The notes under the pieces are model-generated. The model made no database searches, had not been told where the DNA came from, and saw only the letters and a list, made by a program, of their open reading frames with translations. The translations under genes were made by a program, and so were the position numbers. DNA of 59,990 bases from Rotaria socialis (taxonomy: Eukaryota). The DNA is taken from the NCBI GenBank assembly GCA_905331295.1, contig CAJNYD010000107.1, forward strand, positions 1 to 59,990. Direction: 5' to 3'. Shown here one piece after another: positions 14,281 to 27,421 of this stretch. Every line of letters starts with the position of its first letter. The first letter of the stretch is position 1.

Positions 14281-15704
14281 ATATAACGGGTGGCCTATAA
14301 AGAATTGTCCTGTTAGTATTTTTGAATTTTCTCGTCTTCCTTCAACACGATCGGGATATCTTTTTTACCAAACGATTCACCGCTCAATTCTCGGCAAAAA
14401 ATGTATTGGCTGTTTTACTTCAAAATGCATGAAAAAATTATTTTATTTTTCAGATATTTTCTCACATCGAGCTATATTTTTTCGAATGCTTTCACAAGCA
14501 TCAGAAAACGGTTTCAGTATATTTTATCTAGTTTCAAATGCGCTCTATGTCGTCATATAGAGCAAAAGCCATTTAAATCTAAATATCTGTCACAAACATT
14601 AGCTTCAATTGCAATCAAGTGAAAACTAACAACAATTTGTGTCTGTTTTTGCGTGCCTGAACAAAACAATATTTTTTTCAAACCTCAGATATCCAAAAAT
14701 AACGATAGGACATTGGTTTTCAATATAAATTAAAACAAGATGGTATTCGAGTTTCACTCGAATACGAATGCGATGCGAAGCTCGCATCGGATCTTCACGA
14801 AAAATTTTCAATTCAGAGAAATCTTGAATTCTTTTTATGTCGACATGATGAAACTCTAGTCTTACTTAGCGATACATTCTTAAGGTTCGATTTTTCGATT
14901 GAGCTATTAATTATCTCCATGATTCATTATATTAGATCAGCTGTAAATAAATATACTGCAGTGGCTAACATATGTTCATGGCGTCACTACAATTATCTCG
15001 CAACAAATTTCTTTCATTTTCGTCATTTTGGAACCACATTTATGAGTGAAAAGAACTTCAGATTAGAAAACAGATGTTCTAAGTTCGATCTTGATACTTC
15101 GATCTCACGTTTTAACCACTTTTCTATGATTTTGGTTCTCGAGATCATCGCGTCACAAAACGACGAGATGTGATGCTTACGATCTCAAGTGAAAAAGAAA
15201 AAAAGAAACTCGCGACGGACTACAGAAATGCTTCATGCTTCGCATCGCATTAAAAATATGCTCGAATGAATCCACTTTGACTAAACTTCATTTGTTTTAT
15301 TGACAGACTTACATTATTGATGAAAAAATTGATAAAAAGTAATAAAATTCTTGCGTCCTCAATTCTAACTGCAATTGTTTTTAATCGTTGGTAAACAGTA
15401 GATCTTTTTAAGGCGTACACGATGGCTACTATAACTTTTCTTTCTTACAAACTTTGAGTGGATAATACCCGAAAATCTGCTGTTCAATTTATCCACGTTT
15501 ATTGTTTTCGTACATTTTGGTACTTCTCACAATTACCTATCACATTTCGTACCTTTGGATTTTGAAGTAAAACAGCCAGTACATTTTTTGTCGAGAATTG
15601 AGCGGAGAATCGTTTGGAAAAAAAGACATCCCGATCGTGTTGAAGGAAGACGAGAAAATTCAAAAATACTAACAGCGCAATTCTTTATGGGCCACCCGTT
15701 ATAT
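14281..15704. mobile_element. Non-autonomous DNA transposon/MITE with ~146-bp terminal inverted repeats at a TA-rich site (Tc1/mariner-like)
   Basis: 14281-14426 (atataacgggtggcctataaagaattg...cttcaaaat) is the near-exact reverse complement of 15559-15704 (attttgaag...gccacccgttatat). No transposase ORF inside. Confidence 0.9.
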
Positions 15705-15978
15705 ATAAATGGATTTCTTTAAATTCAAAAATTTTGCCAGTTCTGGTAAATAGTTTTTATTAGGCAAAAAACTCTCGAGAAAGTTACCTTTTGTGCATCG
15801 CTATGTAAAAGAAAATGCTGCGCAGTAAACCATGTGCGCAAGACATGATTCTGTTGTTTTTACTCGCCTTTTGTTCGGAAGTAATGAAAGGAGAACAAAA
15901 TTGTACTCCATGACAAACGCATGTCTCATTTTACTTTGCTTTCGATTTCTTTTATAATTCAATTCATCGATTGTTTAG

Positions 15979-18004
15979 ATGGATACAGTCATGAAACAAT
16001 TTAATAGTTCAGAAGCGAAAAAACGAAAAGGTAAAGATAAATTTTGTTTTTATCACATTAATTAATATTTGTGTGTTTTTGTTTTGAGAACACAAAATTA
16101 AAAGAACGAAATCGAAACGATCGGTGGCTACACAGCTCGAAGATCTCCCCAATGAATTGTTCTATGAAATATTTCAATTTTTCGACAGTTATGATATTTA
16201 TGAAGTATTTTCTAATCTTAATAGTCGTTTTTATTCTCTTATTATTCATTCATCGTTACCAATCAAACTTAATTTTTCGAATCTATCCAAGACAGTTTTT
16301 CAGCATCGATGCAATAGTATATTAACGCCGAATGTTCATCGCATTATATCTCTTCAATTTTCAAATCATCTTATTATTCATAATTTCTTCAAACTATTCA
16401 CTTTAGACTCGTCTTTCACGCGTCTCGAAACTTTGAATTTATACAATGCTAAATGTGAGAATCTTTTTCCTATTCTAACTAGTCTTGCCTTACTGCCATG
16501 CCTCTATTCTCTCACTATTACTGGCATTGAAAATTTTGAATCTCCAAGTTATGTCTATTGTCTAATTATTCGTTTGCCGGTTTTAAAATATTGTAAATTA
16601 TCCATTGGCTTATGGAATCGACATATTAACTTGCCGTTGACGAACGACGAATGCAGTCCCATAGAACATCTTATTATTAATTCGAAATGTAATCTTGATC
16701 AATTGAATGATATTCTAGTTTATACACCTAATCTAAATTATCTATCGTGTCAAATATCAACATTAAATAGTACACAAATTAATATGTCTATTATATCAAC
16801 AAAATTAATCAATCTTAGTCTTAAATTAGAAGATACATCTTTCGATGAGTTCGAATGGTTTATCTCATGTTGTTCCGAACAACTTCAATTGTTGCGTATT
16901 TCTACTCAACGTGACATTGAATTTTTAAATGCTGATCGATGGCAAAAGTTAATATCAAGGAAAATGCCATATTTACGTAGATTTGATTTTCGCCATAAGA
17001 TAATCACAGGCGGTCGAATGGATGACTGCTGCAGATATCATGTGTTGCTCGATAGATTTAAATCTTCGTTTTGGACTGATCGACAATGGGCGTTTACACA
17101 TCAACATTATAGATCGAAAGATTTTATCTCCTGGATTGTATTTTATTCGACTCAGCCATACAGGTAGAAATAGAAGCATAGATAACGCATTTTGTTTTGT
17201 TTTTGTTTACATAGATGGAATCATTATGATTTCTACGATGCTTCGTGTCAATATTACGAAACTGGTTTTAATTTAGCTAATGAAGTCGATCTTCATAACT
17301 ATTCAGCAATTATTCAAAATTCTATTGATTTCCCACGAACAAATCGATTGATTCTATCAGGAGAAAATATGATTGAAAATCCTTCGGATATGCTCGATCT
17401 TACTCGTGGATTTTCTCCTGCAAAACTTACTGAATTATCTATTCAGGATAAAACTCTTCGGTTAGAACATTTACTTTTATTATTAAATTCTTTTCCAAAT
17501 ATACAATCATTAACAATTCCAACAACTATACTCTCGCTAAATTCTCCACTATCGGAAAACAATCGTTTGACGTTCAATAAAAATAATATACGCAAAATCA
17601 ATCTTCTCAATCGGTCGACTTTAGAAGACATTCAAATACTCAATCGATTTTGTCTGTATTTAAATAGTCTCGAAGTCGAAGCTGACCATGAAAACTTAGA
17701 AGTAATTTTACGTTTTCTCTTACGAACGAGTGTCAATCGAAATCATCGACATCGGCCACCAGCGTCTTCGTCGATGAAAAACATTATTTTTTGGCAACAA
17801 GAATATTCCGCTTGTATCCATTGTATGAAAACAAGAAGTTTTACTTCTCTACAATCGCCATGCAATCATCGTCTATCGTCCATATGCTTTCGAGATATTA
17901 ATTATTTGATGGCACAAAAACTGCAACGGCGAATTGATCAAGAGGGATTACTAGAAGATTATTTGTTGGAATATTTAGATCAAAAAATGTACATATGGTG
18001 GTAG
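15979..18004 (+). CDS. F-box domain protein with LRR-like C-terminus (lineage-expanded family), 3 exons
   Basis: N-terminal F-box LEDLPNELFYEIFQFFDSYDIYEVFSNLNSRF; LRR-like segments (FTRLETLNL, LPCLYSLTI, LPVLKYCKL, FPNIQSLTI); family motif FLNADRWQKLI..MPYLRRFDF. Introns at ~16031-16088 and ~17164-17213. Confidence 0.85.
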
Positions 18005-18856
18005 TCACAAGAAATCATCGTTTGAAAAAAACAAATTAGCAAACGAATAAAGGAAAACAACAAATTCAAGATTAGTTTAATATGAAGATTTTTATTGATA
18101 CTAGAACTAAAACTAAATAGGTTTTGTTTTTAATATGCAACTTCGTTTTATGCTTTGCTGAAGAATATTTTTTTTACTAACATATGGATATTAGAACATA
18201 TTTCATCAGAATATACAGGAGTTGAAAAAACTACTGATGTTGATTCTATTTTAATATTATTCTATCACGGTATCAACTGATTACGACGTTCGCGGGAGTA
18301 TCATGCAGAAATCTACTGCTGAAATAAACGCCTTCGAAAATTGTTTTATCTGTTTGTAGGCCAACAAAATATGACACGCACATCCTCCATAGCGACCGGT
18401 TAAGATAAAAAAGAAACATTCTAATATTATCACATAATCGAAAAAGTGCAGAAAACAATCGTCTTAAATGTTTATTATTCAGAGAGTCCTTTCACAGTTA
18501 CGTCGTTTTCAATCATCATCATCAACAACAGCATGGTTTCCAAGGAAATAGTTCATGGGAAAGTAATAGTTATTGCATACAAGTATACTTATCTAACCCG
18601 AGGAATATTACAAATAAGAAAAGAAAGACGTGAATAGGTTGAAGTGATGCTGCTGCATACATGGAGCACGCCAAAGGAAAAAGATATGATATCAATCAGC
18701 AGCTATAAGAACAGATAATTACTGTCCGTTCTTGCACTTTTTTCATTTTTTTTCTTTTTCGCCCATCAAGTTGTTGCATCTCAAGACCGTAATCGCGCAC
18801 GTTTTATTATTAAAAAAATATTATCAGCGGGTTATATTTTGAAAATTTGTTCTCAA

Positions 18857-21800
18857 ATGACTCAATATTCAACACCTTATACAAGACAACAACCATCAAG
18901 AAGTCTGACTAGTCATAACGACGATTCTTTAATACTACAGCAAAACTATTCTTCAGTTCGTGCAGCAGTTAGTAACTTTGATATGCCACAGAAACCTACT
19001 AGTTCTACTTCAGCGCATCCACATCAATATCCACCCCCGCTACCATCGCGTTCCTTTGTGCCGATTTCCGCGAGAAAAAATCATACTGATTACGATAGTG
19101 AAACTCCGCCATCTTCAGTTGGTTCGGCTAATAGTGACCGATTACGACAAACAGAATCACGAGTAAATAATGTGTCGACTAAGAATCCAATAGTCGAAAA
19201 TAGTAATCTTCTCACAAAACCAATTAGATCGGCACCAAAAATCGACAATCAAACAGCAAAACAATCGAAACCGATTTATAGCCGTCGAAGAACTCCACCA
19301 CCAATTCCGACAAACAGTCAAGATCAGCGAACATTTAGAAGAGGTATCTTTTCAGCGAGATTTTCATTCTATATAGTTCACGTTTTTTTGTTTAGATAGA
19401 ACGAATGATGCCATCTATATAAATCATGGCGGTGAATTTGACGAAGTCCAAGTAAATGATTTATATGAACTACAGGATGAAAGCGATATGGATGATTCCG
19501 GAACATTTACAGCCGTTGCAAAACCAGCATTCGTTTCTCGAGAACCTCCTATTCTATTATCAACACAAACTCATGATAACGGTCGATCAAAGATCATAAC
19601 CAATGGCTATCGACAGAAAGATGAAAGATCAGTACAAAAATTATCAGTAAGAATTTAAAAAAAATACTTGTCCAAAAAAATAAAACATCTAAACTTGCAA
19701 TATCTATCAATAGAGTCAATCTAAAAATATTGATATGGATAGTATTGGATTAGAAATACCTGAACCGACTAAGACAAGTCGAAAGCATACCGTATCTCAC
19801 AATGAACTTATATATGATCACCGTAGTAATGTACAACGTGCACCATTTGATACTATAAATTATGAACAGAATCAAAATCAAATTGACAAACAATACGAAG
19901 ATAGATCAACGATTGCTATGTATCGTCCACCTCCGCCTCCACCATTGCCACCTCTATCTGCGCCGCTTTCACCGTTTCGTCGAGGACAACAGCAACGCTT
20001 TGCCGAGGGAGAAACACACGTGTTCGTCAAGTTCTTTGTTTTTATTGATAGCATTTATATTTGATTTATTTTTCCAGATACATTCCAGAGCGGCATTTTC
20101 CGTCGTCGAATTTTCTACTGGGAATCGGTGCATTACTCGCTGTTTTTATTCTTTGTATGGTACTCGTTTTGGCCATACGAGAAGATGAAACAAAGCTTCG
20201 AACTACCATGCAGGTAGACGAACTGTTTTCTATGTATTGTTTTATTACATTTTTGTTGTTTGTGTTTAGCTTGTTTATTCTTATGTCTATCTTGTTTCTA
20301 TTATATGGATGGTATGGTGTACAGTTGATATAATTAAGTTTCGTCGACAATGGATGAAATTAACAGCGCCCGCTGGCAATCACGAAGAATATATGGATAT
20401 AGCTGAACGTCATCCACATAAAATGTTTTATTTTCCTGATATTCATAATACTGGCGGATTGTTTATGCGAGTAGGCGCTGGGTGTAGGTGTAACAAAAGA
20501 AAAATATAAGACATAGATGATGTGATGAGTATGTTTGTATTTAGTACTTTGTATGGGCGGTCTAATACTGACTATTATTGAATTAGCAAAAACAATAACA
20601 ACACCAAGATCTAATATAATCCATCGAGCTTCACCAGTCCACTCTTATTCCCTATCAGTCGTGGCAACAAAATCGATTACATATGTACTTCGATTTATTT
20701 TCCATTGTGTACAATTTACATTTATTTTTCGATATGGTAATGTAAGTATTTTAATTTTAAAATAAAAAACAAAAAATTTATTTTTTACATAGATTGTTAT
20801 TAATCGTTACCATTCGATTGCAAAAATTGGTCTTACTCATCTAGTTATTGCTAATTTTTGTACATGGTTTGAAGGTAAAGCAACCAGAGTTCAAATTCAA
20901 AGTTCAGAAGAAGAAAATCGAATACTTTATCATTTTAGCTATTGTATTTGAAACTTTGGAACAACTGCACAAAAGTACAACGACTGCTCCCATATCAAAT
21001 TATCTGCCAAATATAACGCTAGCATCCACTACATCAATCATGGCAACTTTATCCACTACGACACTATTCACAAGTTCAAGTAAAACATGTTTTTTCTTCG
21101 ACAATTGTCTCGTATTTAAGAAGTTCTCTACTCTACCGGGAAATAATTTGACTGTCAACATTTAGCATATCGAGTAAAAAAACTAAGAGATTTAAAAAGA
21201 ATCCTTCAATAGATATTTTCCGAGTAATTTAAATAGACTTAAAGAAATTCCACACAGATTCGGAATCTATGAGACATTCATTTTTTTAAATATTAAGATG
21301 AAACAACGAACGATGGTGATAACTCTACGGTTATCGTCGTGAGCTTTATCAAAGCGATTTCTTCTGCTGCTTCAACTAATAGCAGTAAAGGCACAAGTAC
21401 ATATGAACTCTTCACTCGAATTGAATCAACAATGAATGTTTATTTATATCCATGTTTAATCGAATATAGTCTTATATCATTAACTGTATTCTTCCTTATG
21501 TGGAAAAACGTTGGTAAAACTAGAGAACCATCCCTTCTACGTTTCAGCGATCGTCATATATTCACAGTCAATTGTTCACGTGCTTCACGTGGTTTACTCG
21601 GCGGCGGTATCATACTTCTGGTAACAATTCTAACGCTCATTCCAACATATCTACTTGGCGAAGACGCAATATCAGTGACACATATTACTGAACTTGTGCT
21701 ACTTTTTGTTTCCCTATTTTTTGTTGGCATATCGTTCCTACAAACGACTAAACTCTATCACGATCCACATGCGCATGTTGATGCATTCGATCGAGTGCTC

Positions 21801-22365
21801 ATTTTAATAACGACAGTTGGAGATTTTGCATATTCATTTTTTGGATTGTTCGCATCGATATTCGGTGAACAATCAGCAAGTAAATTACCGCTTGCCGTTG
21901 AAATATCAATTGGACTTCTTGCCATACTACAAACATTTTTTCAATCAGGTTTTATTTTGGATACATTACATCGACGAACGAGAACAAAAGAAGAAATTAG
22001 AAATAAACCAGGACGAGAAGCAGTCACAGCTTTGCTACTAATCAATCTCTGTAAATGAGTTTTTCTTTTTTCTATTGTTAATTAGATTTTGATTTTTTTT
22101 TGTAGCAATTTGGTTGCATGATTCATTATCAGCAAAAAAAGTTCGATTAAATCCAATACAAGTTCAATATTATGATGCTGGCACATGGGCTATTATTCAA
22201 GCGTTCACATCACCATTATCAATATTTTACCGTTTCCATTCAAGTGTATGTCTTGCTGATATTTGGCAAGAAGTCTATCTTGACAATGATAGAACAAAGT
22301 CAATAGGAGCGCTTGGAAACCCTTCTTCAAGGCATATGAGCGATAATCATGAAACTGAACATTGA
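18857..22365 (+). CDS. OTOP: Otopetrin family proton channel with long Pro/Ser-rich N-terminus, multi-exon
   Basis: Otopetrin motifs: GLFMRVGAG, THLVIANFCTW, YLYPCLIEYSLI, NCSRASRGL, KPGREAVTALLLINL, PLSIFYRFHSSVCLADIW. Confidence 0.93.
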
Positions 22366-23323
22366 AATTGATGCGCTTTATTTGTTCGCTAGTCATTGTT
22401 TATTGGTCTGTTTTTATGTACACGGGAAGAAAACAAACAGAGCAAAAATAAAGAAAGAATATTTTTTTTATGATTTTAAAAATCAAATTTGTAACGAAAC
22501 GTTTCGGAGTTGATTGTTTTTCTCCTTATTTTAACTATTTATATATTCAATAAAGAAACGTTTTTTTCTTAGAGATCGATCTATAGGAATTCATAGGCCA
22601 GTATGACAACCATGAGTGATGCAATCGGATTGAATTAGTTTGATTTAACAAAAAAAAAATTAGTAATTCAGTTTTTGAACTTGCTACAACAACTTAGCAA
22701 TTTAACAGCTATAATATGCACTTTTGTTTTTTCTCAGTCTTTGATGAGCTCTGCTGATTAGACGACACAATTTATTGTTTAACTAAATATCGTTAAATCC
22801 CGTTCAAAAACAAATCCAACTAAACTCGGAGAGATTTTTCAAACTTCGGTGCATTTTAAAATCGTATCACCTGAGATTATTTGTTGTCCCCATTTGATAT
22901 TCGTGCTCTGTTCTTTATCATAAATACTAAATAAAACGCGGCTATTTATTGCTACATCTAGGCATATGCAAATAGTGCTTATCAACTAAAAACGACAACA
23001 ACAAGAACATATTTCGCATTATCATTTGTCATTGCATTGAAACAATCTTGAAAGCAAAAATAGTTCGTACTTCGAACTAGTTTGATATTGATTTGCATAT
23101 TCCACGTCATTTTTTAAAAACATATTGTATGGGCATAGAGAAGAATTAGATTTGCACTCAAAACCCTCGTTTTAGGCAACTTACATGATTGATGTATCTT
23201 TTTATATTAAATCACAATGTTTGCTGTTGTTATCAGAAGCAATAGCGTTTTCTTTTATTGATTATTGTAATGTTTTTGATACATCCGAGTTTTTTCACGA
23301 CATTTCCAATTCGTATACAATCG

Positions 23324-23362
23324 TGAGGGTGTGGGTAGATTAACACGTGACCCACACCCACA
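23324..23362. repeat. Telomere-repeat-armed hairpin, copy 1
   Basis: TGAGGGTGTGGGT-agattaacacgtg-ACCCACACCCACA. Confidence 0.75.
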
Positions 23363-23473
23363 TTTGGATGATTCTTACGGTACATAGTCACACCTGAAAT
23401 TGGTTCATTGTTTTCATCGACAATATAGCCAGCTAAGGAATCAATCATCAACGGTAAAGTAGCCCAATTTTGC

Positions 23474-23546
23474 GAGGGTATGGGTGTTGCTGTGGGTCTG
23501 AGTGTGAGTATGAGTCCTTTATTTCATTCAATTCACACCCGCACCT
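23474..23546. repeat. Telomere-repeat-armed hairpin, copy 2 (degenerate)
   Basis: gagggtatgggtg...tgtggg...cacacccgcacct. Confidence 0.6.
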
Positions 23547-23902
23547 TTAAATGGTTTTTCGCTTACAATTGCTAAACGGAAAAAATTTCATTTTAAACTT
23601 ATTTTTTTTTATAAATCTTATTTATCTATGATCTGTACTATGATGCTATCATGATTTCAAAAATAAAAACGTCTTAGTCAATATTTTCGATATTTTTCCT
23701 TTCAGTCTTTCTACGGCACACCGTAGTATTATCAAACAGAATACACACTGACCCGTAAATTACTTCGAAGCCTGCCCGTTACGAGACAGATTCATGTGGA
23801 TATATTTATTTAGGTTCACGTGAATTTCCGTGAATAAGTGACCGATTGTTTACTTTTTACTCCTCGACTTTTATTATTATACTATTGCGCACGCTCTCAT
23901 CT

Positions 23903-25811
23903 TCATGTTGTGTGAGACATTCGTGCATTATTTGGGTTGCCGGCAGTTATCCAGTTACCTATTGACGGATCATATAACTCAGCACTATTCAGAATTTCAG
24001 TACTGTTGTTTCCGCCAGTAACTAACACTGTTCCATCGAATAATACGGATGCTGTGTGGAACAGTCGTGCATAGTTCATATTGCCAGTAGTTGTCCAGCT
24101 TCTCGTTGATGGATCATATAATTCAGCACTATTTAAAATGACAGTATTGCCGTTCCCACCAGTGACTAACACTTTTCCATCGGATAATACGGATGCTGTA
24201 TGGAGCAGTCGTGCATACTTCATTTTGCCAGTAGTTGTCCAGTTTCTCGTTGATGGATCATATAACTCAGCGGTATTTAAAACAACAACATTATTGGTTC
24301 CACCAGTAACTAATACTTTTCCATCCGGTAATAGGGATGCTGTGTGAAGCTGTCGTGCAGAATTTAAGTTGCCAGTAGTTGTCCATCTACCTGTTGAAGG
24401 ATCGTATAACTCAACAGTCTTTAGAGGTCCCACATGAGACTTCTCTCCATCAGTAACTGATATTTTCCCATCCGTTAATAGGGATGTTATGTGGAGCAGT
24501 CGTGCATTATTTAAGTTTTCAGTAGTTGTCCATCTACTTGTTGACGGATCATGTACCTCAGCATTATTTAGACATTCAACCTGAAATGGCGCTCCACCAG
24601 TAACTAACACGTTTCCATCGAATAATACGGATTCAGTGTGAAACGCTCGGGGATATTTCATATTGCCAGTAGTAGTCCATTTACCCGTTGATGGATCATA
24701 TAACTGTGCACTTTTTAAAAGCGCAGTTTCATTCTCTCCACCAGCAACTAACACTTTTCCATTGGTTAATACAGATGTTGTGTGAAGCTTTCGTGCATTA
24801 TCTATGTTACCAGTAGTTGTCCAGCTTCTCTTTGATGGATCATATAATTCAGCACTGTTTAAAACAACAACATTATTGGTTCCACCAGTAACTAGCACTT
24901 TTCCATTCGGTAATAGGGACGCTGTGTGAAACTGTCGTACATAATTTAAGTTGCCAATAGTTGTCCATCTACCTGTGGAAGGATCATATAACTCAGTACT
25001 GTTGCCAGCGGCAGAACAACATCCACCAGTAACTAACACTTTTCCATCGGCTAATACGGATTTAGTGTGCACTTTTCGTCCGTATTTCATACTTCCAGTA
25101 TTAAGCCATTCTAAAAAGAAGAATTTAAGTCTACCCAGACCGAAAAATCTGACACAAGATCTTATCAGAGCTTACAATATGATTGCTCGACCTGGGTAGT
25201 ATTCAAGTTGAAAACAACTATGTCAACGAACATTAAAGATTGTCTGTTCGTAGACTGAACGCTTTCATAGAGTATCAAATGAAAAATGTTTGTGGCATTT
25301 TGAACAAAGTTCTTTTACGTTCTGTAGACTACGACACGATTTTAAGTTTGTTGCATAAAAAAGCTGGGTGTGGGTGGGCATCAACCAAACACCCACACCC
25401 CGACTGCATTATTTGCTTATGATATTTTCCTAATTACCCATATTTGATGGTTGCCGTTCTGATTAAATAATCTAGACTTAGCTATGTTTGAGAAGCTTCG
25501 ACTTACATCTAGCTAGAAGTAATTTGTCAAGCTTATATTTAAATATGTGTACACCCTATAATTAACAGAATAGCGAAAGAATGATTTCTTCACAATTGTA
25601 ATACCAAGTTAAAACAATAACAATGGTTCAGTTAATACAGCCTGCATATTTTCCTATCCTTTCGATAATAATATGTATCAGTTGGAGCGAACATATCATA
25701 AATAATATATCGGAATCACTACTACTTACTTTTCGTGGATGCCGGAACAATATTGCACAACGCCTGTTCAATGGCCATACAGACAATAATAACATTGATG
25801 GTGACTTGCAT
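23903..25811 (-). CDS. Secreted kelch-repeat (beta-propeller) protein with 8 bacterial-type repeats; 2 exons (25811-25730, 25110-23903)
   Basis: Eight ~48-aa repeats ARxxHTASxLxDGKVLVTGG...SAELYDPSTxxW. Upstream exon MQVTINVIIVCMAIEQALCNIVPASTK ends at a|gtaagt (phase 1) and joins ttttag|aa tgg in frame. The 5' exon is inferred. Confidence 0.88.
25131..25199. mobile_element. Miniature MITE remnant with CCCAGGTCGA-type TIRs in the kelch intron
   Basis: ctacccagaccga ... tcgacctgggtag inverted ends; related ends at 30961-31177 and 35966-36117. Confidence 0.55.
25365..25400. repeat. Telomere-repeat-armed hairpin, copy 3
   Basis: GGGTGTGGGTG-ggcatcaaccaaa-CACCCACACCC. Confidence 0.75.
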
Positions 25812-26135
25812 GTGCAACGTTTTCGTTGTGTCGTTCGATAATCGTCGACTCCAGCACGCACTCTATGAAGGAGATTTTACTTTTGATAGCTCGTATGATG
25901 ATTTTTTTTAAAAGTAGATGGCCGCCTGTGATAATTCTCATGGCCTTCATTATAGACTGCCGCACACGCTACTCGTTCGCTTTTTAAAAAGAGAATGATG
26001 AAATTTGAAGATTGATAAGAGAGCGTAAGTGAGACACAATTGAAAACAAATTGACTTGTAAAAATGAGATACAAATCAATTCTTTGTTCTCAACTGTTGT
26101 TTTTCAACAACTGATCTTTTCCTAATTACAACTAA

Positions 26136-26195
26136 ATCTTGAGGGTGTGGGTGTGGTTGTGTATATAACTCTTGATCGACCCACATCCTCAAGAT
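26136..26195. repeat. Telomere-repeat-armed hairpin, copy 4
   Basis: atctTGAGGGTGTGGGT ... ACCCACATCCTCAagat, 17-bp arms with 1 mismatch. Confidence 0.8.
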
Positions 26196-26821
26196 CATTC
26201 AGATTTTACGATTTTGAAGCAAAAATCATGTAAAAAACAGTCTGAAATTAGTAGATGAATACATGAAAATCAAATCAAATCAAAAGAAACTCTTCTCAAC
26301 TTATCATGAACAATCAAAAATATTCCTTTGATAGATATCTTGTTATAGCCAAAAGTCCATTTTAAACAACGCTAAATAATAGCAACGCTCTAACAAGAAA
26401 AAAGTAATATATTTATCATAGAAAGAAGTGAGATAATGAAACATTTAGCAGAGTAACAGTGTTTGTTAAGTCTTAGTGATATCTTTTTAAGAACGCTCTT
26501 TATCAAAGACATGTGTAATTAATACATAAAATAAGTTCACTGTTTTTTTAGTACCAAAATAGTTCCAATTGATTTACTTTTGCCATTAGATTTTGGTGAC
26601 AACTTTTACTGTCTCATAGATAGAACATGTTAACAGCTTATTCAAATCAATTACAAAGATAATAAATATACCCTAATTCAAGATCTCGATATTCTCTTAT
26701 GATTTCTTTAAAGATGTTTAATTTTTGACAGAATCCATTCATCTTCAAGTACTAATCATAAAAGTCTCTTGACTCATTGTAAAAATAATATGCGAAGCAG
26801 AAATATTTAAAAACATCTTAA

Positions 26822-26872
26822 AGGGTATGTGGGTGAGTATCCTGTGCAATATCACCCACACCCACACCCTCA
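26822..26872. repeat. Telomere-repeat-armed hairpin, copy 5
   Basis: agggtaTGTGGGTGA-gtatcctgtgcaata-TCACCCACACCCACACCCTCA. Confidence 0.75.
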
Positions 26873-27421
26873 TTTACAACGTACACGTACACAATCATCA
26901 TGCGCTCTTTCTAAAGTCACCAATAGGAAAAGATCCAAACATGCTTTAATTATGATTTCGAAAATATGAAAACAAATTTTACGAAGTAATCCTTTCAATC
27001 ACCAGCAAGTGATAAGATCAAATAAGCGTAATCAACATGTAGCTTGATATGCAATCATACATACAATCCAATACTTAAATTCCTATCTAATATTAGTTTA
27101 TTCGGGATTGATTTTTGTTGTTTATTGGACTTAGGCTTGGCACTTTTTTCTAACATAAAAACTTTCATTATGTGATAAAAACATATTTTTCAGATATTCC
27201 TATATATCTGCTCCTGTTTAGGATTATGCATAGCATCAAATTCTATTTCAAGTTGATAAAAGTAAATCTCCAACTTAACTTGAATAAATATATAAATAAG
27301 ACTTCTGCTGTGTTCATACATCAATCCATAAGCAAATAATGTAACATCTATATATGCATATCCGGCAGTATGCATAGTTAATCTTTCAGAAAAAAAGTTG
27401 AAGTGACAAAGCAAATTGAGT

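Noticed and set aside
24081..25199. Plus-strand ORFs over the kelch gene
   Set aside because: Antisense shadows of the repetitive minus-strand coding sequence.
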